64,000 nucleotides of DNA from Klebsormidium nitens (taxonomy: Eukaryota > Plantae > Klebsormidiophyceae). The notes under the pieces were generated by a model, which did no database searches, had not been told where the DNA came from, and saw only the letters and a program-made list of their open reading frames with translations. Of this stretch, positions 43,918-55,616 are shown in pieces. The translations under genes and the position numbers were made by a program. Where the stretch lies: contig DF237315.1 in assembly GCA_000708835.1 (NCBI GenBank), forward strand, positions 30,743-94,742, given 5' to 3'. Every line of letters starts with the position of its first letter. The stretch's first letter is position 1.

Positions 43918-44624
43918 GGTTTCTGACCCTAGTGCTGACTACAAGACACAGTAGTCTCTTGTGAACTGCATTATGCGTGCAACTTCTGATAAAAATGAAA
44001 GCAGATGTTGTGGCCCATGGAATGATGAAGCAGGTTGTGCTAAAGACCCAGACCCCTCAGGAGCCGCTGTCGCTGGTGGATAACTCTACCGTTGTGTAAA
44101 TACCGTCTTGCACGTGCGGCTCATCAGCTGGAACTCGCAGACTAGCGTACGCCTCTAGGGCAGAGGTGGATAACTCTACCTTTCACAGTTTCTCCAGGAA
44201 AGTCGCTCAACGATACAGTCTTACAGAAAACGAAAGCGCACCTTGGTTCCTGCTGCAGAACCTGCATTCGCTGCCAGATTCAGCATTTTGAAGAATTTCG
44301 GACAGATTCAACACAATTTAAGTTTCGGCCATCTTCAAGTTCTACAGAGTCAGTTCGATTCAATGTAATAGTATTACAGTTAAACTGAACGTCCGCTACT
44401 GATGTTCTCTTCTCATAAGCCCGTACTGATCGTTTTTGTCCAATGGGAGGTCCGTTTATGTGGGAGTTCGAAAGTCTCTGAGCCGCACCCCGCCTGAGGA
44501 GAGCAGCCAGAATCTTTTGAGCAATGAAGCGCGCTTGAGCCCACAAGAGGGTCCTCATAATGCTGCAGAGGTTGCGCACCGCTTGAACACTTTGAGAGGT
44601 GATTCAAAAGTTAGCCGCAGGCCA

Positions 44625-47274
44625 ATGGCGAGGACCAAGCAAACTGCCAGGAAGTGCAGTGGTGGCGGAAGCAGGTTCCGGAAAGAAACCCCTCGTGTGG
44701 CCAGCGATACACGTCCCACAGGCAAGGCGTACTTGGAAGCGCTGAAGCAGCTTGCAGCAAAGTCTCAAAGTCCCCTTCCCACCGAGCAGGCGGCTGCTGA
44801 AATATGTGGGGCACCAAAGCAGAGCATTTCAGAGACCCGCACCGCCCTGCCTGATTTGGGCCCAGACCTGCTGCAGCGCATCTTTGCAAAACTGGGGCCG
44901 CACCCAAAGGACTTGGTCCCCTTGGGAGCTGTCAGTAAGCAGTGGCGTCAGGTCTTGAACGAAAGCACGTGGAAGGAGCTGTGCTTGAAGCATGCGGGGG
45001 GGTTGGTTGAGGAGCTTGGGTACAGCCACGGGGCGGATGGGCCCCCCGGAGGCTGGGCTGGGTTGTACAAACTAATAATATGCTGCCCAGGGTGTCACTT
45101 CCCAACCTTTGAGCATGTGCTGCAGGCAAACGCTTTGAGTGAGAACTATGACTGGAGGCATGGCCGGGGCCACGTGCAAGCAGCAACGAAGGGTTTTTTT
45201 AAGGGGAAGGAAGCGAAGGAGGCCCTGTACCTGGCAACCTCAGATGAGATCGTGATCTCGTGCCTGTGCTCTCATGGCCAGGCGGTCGAGATGTGTGACA
45301 TACATGAGGCTTCGGCTCCTCCAATCCTGGCTTGCAGAGGCATCGTCAAGAGCTTCGAGAGCTCAAAGCTTGCTGAATGGAGCGGAGCTGCTGCATTTGC
45401 AAACCAGAAGGGCGAGGCAGCGGGGATAGCAGGGGAGCCTGTAGACTCCTCGAGCACGCAGAATGAAGTGGTGGAAGCGGCGGGTGCTTCTGACGGGGAA
45501 CCGTCTGGCGGCGAGATGGGGGAAGAGGCGGACTTGGACGAGGAAGCTGCCTCTGAGTCCGAAGACTTTGAAGCTTACCCCTCGGGTAGTGAGGGCGAAG
45601 GCTCCGAGGGGGAAGTGAGCTCTGATACAGAGGAGCCCGAGGAAAAGCGGCCGCCCTGTGCTTACTGCGGCAGCCCAACGTTCGCCCTGCCTCCTAAGGC
45701 CTTCAATTCTCAGTTCTCGGATTACGATGATCTGCTGTCGGAGTCCTTCTGTGACGCTTACGACAGGCATGAGCAGGCCCGGTCAATGTATGAGTCGGAC
45801 GACTCGGAAGCGTCGAATAACGACTCCATGTTTGTGCTGGGAACAGGGTTCGTGTGCCTCGAAGGCCACATCGTGCTAGGGGTGGCTGGTTACCCCAAGT
45901 TGGACGAGGTTGCGGTGGTGGACTCTGGAGAAAGTCTGGAGCTCCAGCGGCCGCAAGTGGTGGACTTCTTACTCAAGTTCGTGGTTGGGGGCAAGACCTT
46001 GAGCCGGAAGCAGGGGCATCGATTCATTCGAGGCCTGTTGTTAGATCAGCTGATCCAGATTGAAGTGAGGCTTGTGCAGCTGGCAAAGATCTGGCCGGCG
46101 AAGGAGAAAGAGGGGTGTGACAAGGCGAATGAAGAGTCTGATGGGGCAGATGGGGAGTCTAGTGAGGTCATTAAGGAGCCTGATGAGGAGACTGAGGGAG
46201 TCAATCAAGAGAAAGAGTCCAAGGATTACAAACTTTTTGGATACATGTATAAGAGAGGCAACGATCCTGTGGGCATAGTCGACGTGCTCGGAGCGGGCGT
46301 GCCAGCCGATCTTTTAGAAGGCCTGCAAGCTTTCGTTTTGACAGGAGATCCAGGCCTTGCGGAGTGTGAGCAACCGATTTTGGGGGCGTTTGAGACTCAG
46401 GCGCGAAGAAAGGAGGAGGCGGTCGCCCGGAAGATCAGAAGTGATGCAATGGACAAGGCGATGCGCGGGGCAGGTTTCAAGCAACCCTTCTTTCGGGGCC
46501 TACCCAGCGACCTCTCGAAAACGCTAAAGGCTTTTATCGAAATGGGGGACCCGAGCCTGGCAGAGTGCGAACGTCTGATCCTGGAAGAGCGCGAGTCGCG
46601 CGAGCAGGCAAAGGCTTCGGAGTTGAGAAAGAACACAATCTATCAGGCGCTGCGGCAGGCAGGCTTCCACCCCCCTTCTGTTCCGCACCTGCAGTCGCTG
46701 TGCGCTTACATACAAGTGAGTCGTCACCCCTCTCGTAGATTTACCAGTTGTTGATAGTGAAGCAGAGGTACGGAATGCTAAACTTTCTTATTGCTAGTTG
46801 GTGATAACGCATCTCATGTTTGCAGTCCCTCTCCAGGTTTTTCGATGTTAGTTTTGTGCAACAGAGCAATCGCTGCATGCCTTACTAGTAGTGTTCTAAG
46901 TGTCTTGTCTGTAGCAAGGCTTTGAGCGTTCGGACTGTTGATGTCCAAGATGATAAAAAAGGTGTTAACTTGGTGGTACGCCGTCGAGGTCTTTGGCTGA
47001 CACTGTATGCACTCTCGTCCAGGACCCCGGTGCAATCACTTTCGAGGAGGTAATCGCACAACAAAGGAGCGCGCGAGTGCAAAACGTCGTAAGCAGAGTG
47101 GAGGTTGCCGCGCCGCGAACGAGTGCACAAGAGCAGAGCCACAAATGCGAAGTGGTCACAGACGGCAAAAGTTGTACGAATCAGGCGGCTAAAGGGTGCT
47201 CCAATGATGGGTGCGGGCCTTGCTGCCGGAAAGCTGCAGGACCCTGCCGTCTAGGAAAGCACAGAAAGACCTAG
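44625..47274 (+). CDS. EID1-like F-box copy 5, intact, 780 aa: H3-tail-like N-terminus, F-box, EID1-like domain with acidic insert, helical repeats, SHI-like Cys finger
   Basis: First in-frame ATG at 44625 (MARTKQTARKCSGGGSRFR). Exon 44625-46715 (2091 nt) plus exon 47023-47274 (252 nt) join in frame with GT-AG ends and no stops. Confidence 0.85.
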
Positions 47275-48085
47275 TGTGAACACGCTGGAAAATGAATAGA
47301 CATTCCTCTAACCGTGCTTCATGGATGGACAGACCTGCCACAGACTTCCTTGATTACACAAGAGTCATCTCTTGGCGGAATCCTTGACTTGGGCCTCGAC
47401 CTGGCTTGAGTGAACGGTTCTTAAATACCGAGATACAGACGGTATGCCAGTCACTACATAGAGATCGTCAGACAATCAGCGACTGTACATGTATGAAAGT
47501 ATGTTTGGAGCGCCTGCATATACGAGTCTTATTTCAGCACATGCTATGGTTCTCCTAAATGCAGTCCTTATATATAGTATGTATACGATCTTCTGATCGC
47601 TATGATTCCTCATATAACCTGGGGGTCGTACATGTGTGTGTGCACATGTGCACATACTGAGCATGCGGCCGCTAGGCCATGGCACATGTGCGCTTAAGCA
47701 TACTCTTCAAGCCAGCTATCATACAGCTAGCTTCAGCATGCTCCGAATTGTAGTGCGAAGTTCAATTAATCATCAACTGTGAACGTGTTAGTATATATGT
47801 AGGCTGCATATCGCTTGCAATTCCTACATCATAGCCATGGCTATAGGCCGCGCTTGCATGCCGACCAGGAGACTAGGGTGTTTCCGATTATACCGTAATC
47901 TATAATTGAAAGTTCAATCGATGCGTGCAAGGCACAGACTTGTTTACACCAGCTTTACTTGAAGGCGCGACAGTTTAGGTGGGCTGCACTTATGCATGGT
48001 CGCGGGTTGTCAGATGCCGAAGGATGGAAATGCAATGTTGCAGATTTCCCATCAACAACCTCTCCATAGTATGCGTGCATTAAAA

Positions 48086-51000
48086 TCACGTAGTATCTCG
48101 TTCAGCATCCAATTGCGAGCCAGTTAACATAGTAGAGCCTTCAGGTTTGCTTGCGGCAGATACTAACGTCGGACCTTCGCTGCAAAGAAGCTGGTGCCCT
48201 TCGCTCTCCTCATCCCCGGATCCAAAAGAGAGGGACTGGGAGGCCCGTCTGTTCATACTATGTACAGGAGATCCAACGACGTTTGGCAACGCCTCCCCTA
48301 CCGGGTTGCCGTCGAGCTCTTCTGAGTTTTCAGCCTCCGCGAGAACGCGCCTCCCGTAAACAGCCCCCCCGATTACGAGAGCTATTGCCACGACAATACC
48401 CACGACGTCGAAGGTAATCTCGACCCAGGTGATCTTGTGCTTCCCTCGGTGGTAGTCTGCTATGTCCCGCAAAAGAATGCCGCTGCATAACCGACGAGGG
48501 ATATCATTGTAAGCGGCAGAAAGGAATCAACGTTAAGGATCTGTCGGCCTCGATTTAACGAGTCTGAAAATGTTGCAAAACACCTGCTAGTTGGTTCGCA
48601 GGCAGATCCACCAGCCTCGTAAGGTCCCATACAACTCAAGGGGAAGTGCCTTAGGAAGACCGGTCCGTGCCTCCTCCCGGACGGTTTTTCAGAGGCCTAC
48701 GAGGGACGGCCCAATCTACTTAGCTTCCAGACTCTCAACCGTGCAGAATCCTCGAAGAAGCTGAGCAAATCCCGATCCTGGATTCGTTGGCCAAAGCAAA
48801 CTAAAAGACGAAGGCGCCCGAAGAAAACAAATATGCGGATAAAGACACATATTCTGAAGCAGATTTGGCGCCCGATGAACGCACTAAACGGAATCATGAG
48901 CGTTCATCAGCCGAGAGTCATACTTTTCCGAGAAGGAAGTAAGCGAGAAGGATGAGACAGACTAGGACACCAAGACCAACATCGCCGGATGCACATCTGA
49001 AGAGGCAAATGTGAATTCCGCATCAAAAGAGGTCCAATTGCCTTCAAACGGTGGCAATCTGTTTCGTAAGAATGCCTATCAGCGGAACAGAACCGTTTCT
49101 GACCGAACCTCACAAGTAGTCACAGGTAGATGCAAGACGTGCGTTTAAGCAGCACGTGTCAAACATGGTTTTTGGAAAAGCAAATGACCGTGCCTAACCT
49201 GTACAGCGCCACGAAAATCTCTGGAAAGATGCCTGTGAGGGAGCCGGTGATGTAGGGCAGGTACTGGATCTTGGTCATCGTGACCGCGTAGTTGAAGATG
49301 GGGTAAGGCGGAAAGGGCGACAGCCGGAAAAGCGCAGCGACGCGGAACTGGCCCCAGAAACCGCTCTGCAGAGGAGAACGGAGGAATGAGCACAAAAGGT
49401 TCGCTGCTGCATTTATGCCAATCATCGAAGCATGCGCTGGCGAGCCTTCTCTCTTCGCGCACCGCGGTGCCTCCAAAGACGTTCGCCTTGTACGAGATGA
49501 TTCGGAAGCATTACGATGATAGAACACCAAGGGTCAGGAAGGAGCAGTCAATTCGAGTCATGTCAGAGTTGCAAACATCAAGTATGACCCGACCTACAAC
49601 GGGAAAAGGATCGTCACAGGCCCACTTTCGAAGATGTGTTTGAATAGCATCGATGAACTGCGCTTCATCGGACATCTTCAATATTCTAGGAAGTTTCTGG
49701 CCAGCCAGTGGGGGTGATCGGGCTCTGCTGGTATCTTCGCCTTCGATCCATCCATCAACACCGCTTCGCTTTTCTCACTCACCTGGTTTGCCGCCCGCAG
49801 CAGCGCCACGTATCTCGGCTTCGAGTTGATCCACGTTTGCACCCGGTCGTGCAGTAATCGCCGCCCGATGAAGTAGGTTGCGGACATTCCCAGCGCCATG
49901 CCAAATAACGTCAGGACGTAACCCCAAGCGTACCCAAACGAGATGCCAGCTAGCCAGATGAGGGGGCTCGACGGGACGAGGAAGATCGGAAAGACGGCGA
50001 GGGAGATGACTATGACAAAGATCAGGAGCGGCTTGCTCAGGGTGGTGTCCGCCCATTCGAGCGCGGGGATGACAGCCTGTAAGAAACGGACAGAAGATTC
50101 TGTAAGCAGGACCAATCAGGTGGAGTCTTCTGAGATCAAATCAGAGGAAAGGACCCGATCGCAAATCGCTCCAGAAATGGTGAAGGATTGGAGGGCAACA
50201 GAGAGTCTAAGAATTAATCAAACTCGAGGAACAAGTCTGTTGCATACAGCCTGCCCTGGTCAGCGAATCTGTGTTTGCTGCAACAGACATAGATGAATGG
50301 AGCCACGTGCTTAATCTGCAGTACTCGCCACAACCAAACCAGCGAACGTTGCCCAGTCTTCCAAGTCAATCAGAAAGCTACCGTTTAGGCTAGACAGCTT
50401 CGACAGAGACGAGAGTCGATTGACGTGAAAGTCGATTGACGCGAAGTCTTTGAAAGTGTCGTTCTGCAACTTTTGTAGTCTATACAGAGACCCGCAGACA
50501 CTTTCTAACCCTCCTGATCTTCCATCGAGTGCAGTCCCACACGGAGAAGATGCTCGAGGGCAATGTTTGAAGCCATCTTGCCCGCTGACCCTTCCGAGGG
50601 ACTAAACAATACAGTCCAAACGACATTCATTCAACAACATAATAGATGGGAAGCTGCTAAGACTGTAAGCGGACCCTGCGCTTGTGGCATTCTTCGGCTC
50701 ATTGATCGAGCCAGCATAACGTCTCACCACTCCAACTTAAGACCTGTGACTCTTGATCGAGATGGATTCACTCTGCAGGGGGGAAAGGAAGCGACATACC
50801 TTGTCAATCACTATGGGACCCAGCCACGAGACTGCGATGCCCAGCGCAACCACCAGCCCCAGGAGAGTAGCAATCTGCACCCACCTAATAAGAACAGCAA
50901 ACAGTTTGGTTAGTCCCTGTAAGAATCAGGTGATGGCCGCCGATATCATAAGCCAACTCGTCCTTCAAAACAGCCAGCGTTCCCTGATCGAGAAGTCAAA

Positions 51001-51724
51001 GGACCTGGCCCAGTCACAGTCAATAGAGTCCATATGGTGGACAAAGGGGCTGTTTGAGTGAATTTATGGCTTGCAGGTGGGCCAGAAATGTTGCCCAAGA
51101 AGTACAGATGTGAATGTACGCTCAAAACCCGTTCTTATGACAGCACCACTGTTGACTAACACCTGACAGCTGGGGCAGAAGAGTGGCTAAGTAGAAAGAA
51201 TGACAGTCGCTCATATTCAACTTCCTGCGACACGCGCCAACCGCTGACTCGGTAGCTGGGGCAGACAATTAACTGCCTTGATTGTGATCAACAATGCCAC
51301 CCCCAACTCATCAATCTTGAACCTGCAATCGAAACCGCGAAACTGGCGGGCAAATCGAATGATAGTCAAACAGTCCGAGCCTCGCTTACCTCCAGGTACT
51401 CCGCCACCACGGCCGCTTGCTCCGCAGCAGCCACGTATCATCGACCTCCCCATCATGGTCGCTCAGATACTCATGCTCTGAGTGTCGTGCTTCGCTGTGG
51501 GAGCTTCGGATGCTGTCAACTCTTGCCATAGGCGCTCCCCCTCCCACAGGGGCTTCCCCTCTCATGGGAGCTTCCCTTGGCTCTCTGCTCATTTGAGACT
51601 GATTGGCAGCCCTCTCCTGCTGCTGAGACTCTTGTACAAGGGCGTGGAGGTCGATGCTTGTGTAGTCGAGTGGGTGGGAAGGCTCCCGAGTCTGGCTGAA
51701 AGGGAGGGCCATCCGTATGTCCAT
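48086..51724 (-). CDS. TVP38/TMEM64-family (SNARE-associated, VTT domain) membrane protein, 5 exons
   Basis: Exons 51724-51390, 50884-50800, 50076-49783, 49365-49199 and 48482-48086 are phase-consistent. Motifs: [61 protein letters not shown]. Confidence 0.88.
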
Positions 51725-52480
51725 GGCAGTGGTTGGCCGGCCCTTGCCTTCTGTTGAGCAGCCCTTCCGTTGTTGTGAGCTTTGATCTTTCAAGGAAGTA
51801 GCTATGGAGTCTGGGTCAGCACGATGGTCCTACATTACTTGCTGAGCACTGCATGAGGTGGGGGACCCCTTGACCAGCTCACAGATGACCGAAACATACT
51901 GCTTCCTTCTTGACAAGAACCAATCTAGGGAAGCCAGTGAAGTCACAAAATCGCTCAGCTGCAAAAAAGTCTCTGCAATCGTACAAGGAAGAATTGATTT
52001 GCAAGGTTGGGGCGGATTCTTGGAGAGGTCAACGAGATCGCTGCGAGAGCCCCTTCTCTGCGATAGCCGACACGGAGTGCCAAAAGAAGAGATGCCTTTC
52101 ATTCAGCTCCTGATGGCGATGGGCCAATGTGATGAGAATGCTATTATCAGAACGAAGGAGCTCGGCAGCTGCCACCTGCTTGCTGACCCCGTTCTGGCAT
52201 TCCGCTCCAATTTCAAAGATTTACAATTTGTCAATTTGCCATGCTCGCTTTTTCAGCAGGCTTGTTCGGGAACAGAGGATGAGCTACTCAGCCGCTGGAT
52301 ACGGGTGAAAATGCAGATACAACCGTCGATCGTTAATAAACCCTTGCCGACATGAAGACCCTTAAATCGACTGACCTTCCTCAGACCAATGAGCCCTTGG
52401 TAGCTACCTAGGTACAGGATTAGGGTTTGCAAATTGCAGGACGTTGAAAATTTCCTCAGGCTTCAGAAGGAGCAGGGAAA

Positions 52481-55400
52481 ATGGCGGCCAGCATGCAGCT
52501 CCTCACCAGGCAGCTTCAGCCTTCCTTACGCTGTCCCAGCTGCGGCAGTGGCCCTCAGGCTTCTGCAGGGGCCGCAGCGCCGCCGTTTGCAGCTTTTCAA
52601 GGAAATCGGCAGCCCCGCAGATCTGGTCAAGTTCTGCAGAAGTGGCGGGAGTATGCTTCCTGCCGTTCAATCGGAGGGAAAGCAGTTTCGCTGCAAAGCA
52701 GCAATGCTGCGAGGGGTCCGGTGGGCCAAAGAACAGGAGCGGCCAGGGCAGTGGCGTCAGAAGGAGACTCACGCCCCATTTATCAGGGGATGTATGGGCC
52801 GTGGTCCGTAGATGAAGCAGATGAACGGGAGGTGAGTGGTTCTTAAGGCTCAGCCCTGTTTCTACGTTTCTGTGGGAGTCTTACGATTTGCCCCGTCATT
52901 GTGCAGATTGGTCTCCTACTCTCTGGTTTGAGTCAGCAGTCCACAGACATTCCACAGATTGGGCTGTTGGAAGTCAGCAGCGAAAGAGAATGATCAGTCA
53001 ATCATCACTTACCCCGCCCTCCTTAGAATTTATCCTCCCATTCTTCCTTTCCTGATCTTTATCAGCTTTGGCAGGAATGCAGCATTCCCTATATTCAGAT
53101 TGGAGGAGAGAACCGCCACCTTCCAGCTTTTTGCAACACTTTCATTAACAAAACTTAAGAAGGGGCATCAGCTCATTATGACGACCACTCCAACCCAAAG
53201 CCGGGTAACTCTCTAAGCACAACGACACATACTTTAATCATGCCCGCTTATATTTACCCCCGCCCCCCCCTTCTTTACCCCCAGGTGTTCCTCTACCGAG
53301 CGGGCATCGTGACCTCTGCTGCCTGCTTCACACTCGGCGCCCTCGCTGCCTTCGTTCCCTCCGACAGCCCCCTCTCCCCCGCACTCCGCTCCCTTCTCGA
53401 CCCGCTCGCAGTGGTCGGCGCCGGGTCGCTCGGGCTGTCACTTGTGCTGGTGCACATGTACGTTACGCCCATCAAGCGCTTCATGCAGGTAGGCTTCTGC
53501 AACTGTGAAGTCTGTTCTTAGTGTCTAGAACTCAAATGTTCTTAGGTACATAGGTTTGTCCAAGTGTTTGCTTGCTTGGGAATCGATCAAGGAAGCTCGT
53601 CCAAAGGTAGGAATGTGATAGTGTCTATTGGTGGCATCTATGTCAGGTCGACTGACCGCTGTGGGTGGCAGTTGGAAATACCAGAGCAGAAAGTGTCTTT
53701 CATCCTGCATGTGTATGGCAGACACGAATATGCATACCGACCATTTGAATGCCTTATTCTCTGGTCGTGTTTTCTGGCTTTCAATTGTCACGTCCATCAA
53801 ACTCACGCACTCCGACTCCTGCGCTGTTGTCTTTGTTTGCTCGCAGCTACTCGGAATCTGTACGATCTCTTCCCTCCACCAACAATTGGTCATCAGACAT
53901 CCAACTCCTCCCAAGATGCCCTGTAAAATGAAAACTATTCAAGTATTTCCCTTCAGTCTCCCTCCGATCTTGGGTATCTCTTCCGCAACCACCTTGAGAT
54001 GCCCAACCGTCTCTCAAACCCCCCCGGGTCCTATTTCAGGCTCTCTGGGCCGTTGGTGTTTTCGGGTCAGTGCTGACAGCGCTCAACTTTGCGGCGCCCG
54101 AGGGGACCCCCCTCGCCGTTTATGTTGCGGAGCACCGAGGGGCGGTGTGGGCTGTGGGACCGCTCTTTGCGTCGCTGACAGGGCTGGCATTCAAGGAAGG
54201 TGCGCATACTCTTTTCCTTGCCGCAAGGAAAGTCCGTTTCCAAGTTTATGCCGTACGATTTGGACATTGCTTCATTGCAGCTAAAGGGACAAAGAACCAT
54301 TGGCGGTTACTGGGTGTACATGCTTGAAGGAAGGGCAACTAGGGCCTTGAAAAGCTACGGAAGTCAGAACGCTTTCGAGTAGCAAAATGGTTCTTTGGCA
54401 AAACATCAGACGACCGCAGAAGGAATGCTGTCGGCTGGGACGCCCCTTCTTGTCTTCGGTCGTTCTGATGATGAAACAATCTACCGCCTGCACATGTTCG
54501 TGAGAAAACAAGAAGGCAGGATAACGTCGGCCGATGACCGGTGTAGAAGTCGGTGTAGATGACCGGTGGGAATACCTTGAATCCGCTGAGCATGTTTGCT
54601 GGAGGTTTGTGGCGATCAACAACCGCACGGTTTTATCAAGTAGATTTCTGTCATTTCAACTCAAGTTTCTATTCTTTTCGGATTCGAAGCTTTCACTTGG
54701 ACGTAGTGGAAGCAGGGCACTCTGACCACTCTTGCCCAGTCTGACCACTCTTGCCCTGTCTTGCGTCTGCAGGCCTGTGCTATGGGAAACTAGAGGCGGC
54801 GCTCATGTTCCTGGTCATTCCAGCAACGCTGCTGGGCCATCTGGTGAGCGGTGTTTTGGACCTAAATTTGGGAAACAAACAGGCAAATAGAGAATCAAGA
54901 TAACAGGATCATGATTTTGTGCACCTGGATCTTTTACTGATCGTCTTGCATGCCGCCACCCATGGTCGACGCGTAACGAGCTTTGGGCACAAAGTTTGGC
55001 GCAGATCAGGGAATCGGACGGTCCAGATCACATGAAGCAGGTTCGAGATGGCACCTTATGCAAACATCTGTAGTTGGTTCCGGAGTTCCCAGGGCTTCGC
55101 TTCATCCGCTCATCTTTGCCCTCGTTACCATGTCCGCCAGGCTGGGGCCGACTCCAATGTCGAGCTTGGTCTGCTGGCGGTGTGGACGGCCCTGTATGTG
55201 GTATTCGCGAGCAGGAAGTTCACGCAGGCTGTCAAGGTAAGCAGGAGCCAGATTTCACGATTTCTTCCGGCTGTGAACATGCAAGGTTCTTTTGCCAATT
55301 CCCCCTCTTATTTGGGCCAAGCTCTATTCCGTTGTACCGCGAAGTTTGCACTCTCTCAGATTCAAGAAGTCCGCATATGGCACAGCATGCACGAACGGTA

Positions 55401-55616
55401 TTTAACCTTGCTTATTCGCTTGGCAAACCGGGCTTTATGAGGTCAGCACCATATGTCGACGAAGAGGAAGTCGACGAGCATTGTGGTTGCACTCAGCGCT
55501 TTGGTTCATTGCAGGATGACATCGGAGATAAGTCCGTCTTCATGTTCAACGATTTGTCAGAGGCCGAGAAGGAGAAGAGGCTTGCAGCGTTGGAGCAACA
55601 ACGTGGGGGCTTGTAG
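52481..55616 (+). CDS. Plastid-targeted DUF2301 integral membrane protein, 6 exons
   Basis: Exons 52481-52831, 53285-53488, 54040-54199, 54773-54843, 55141-55236 and 55515-55616. Transit-like N-terminus, then YQGMYGPWSV, VFLYRAG, VHMYVTPIKRFMQALW, GPLFASLTGLAFKEGLCYGKLEA, RKFTQAVKDDIGDKSVFMF. Confidence 0.88.
54721..54756. repeat. 17-bp direct repeat next to a splice acceptor
   Basis: tctgaccactcttgccc at 54721-54737 and 54740-54756. Confidence 0.85.
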
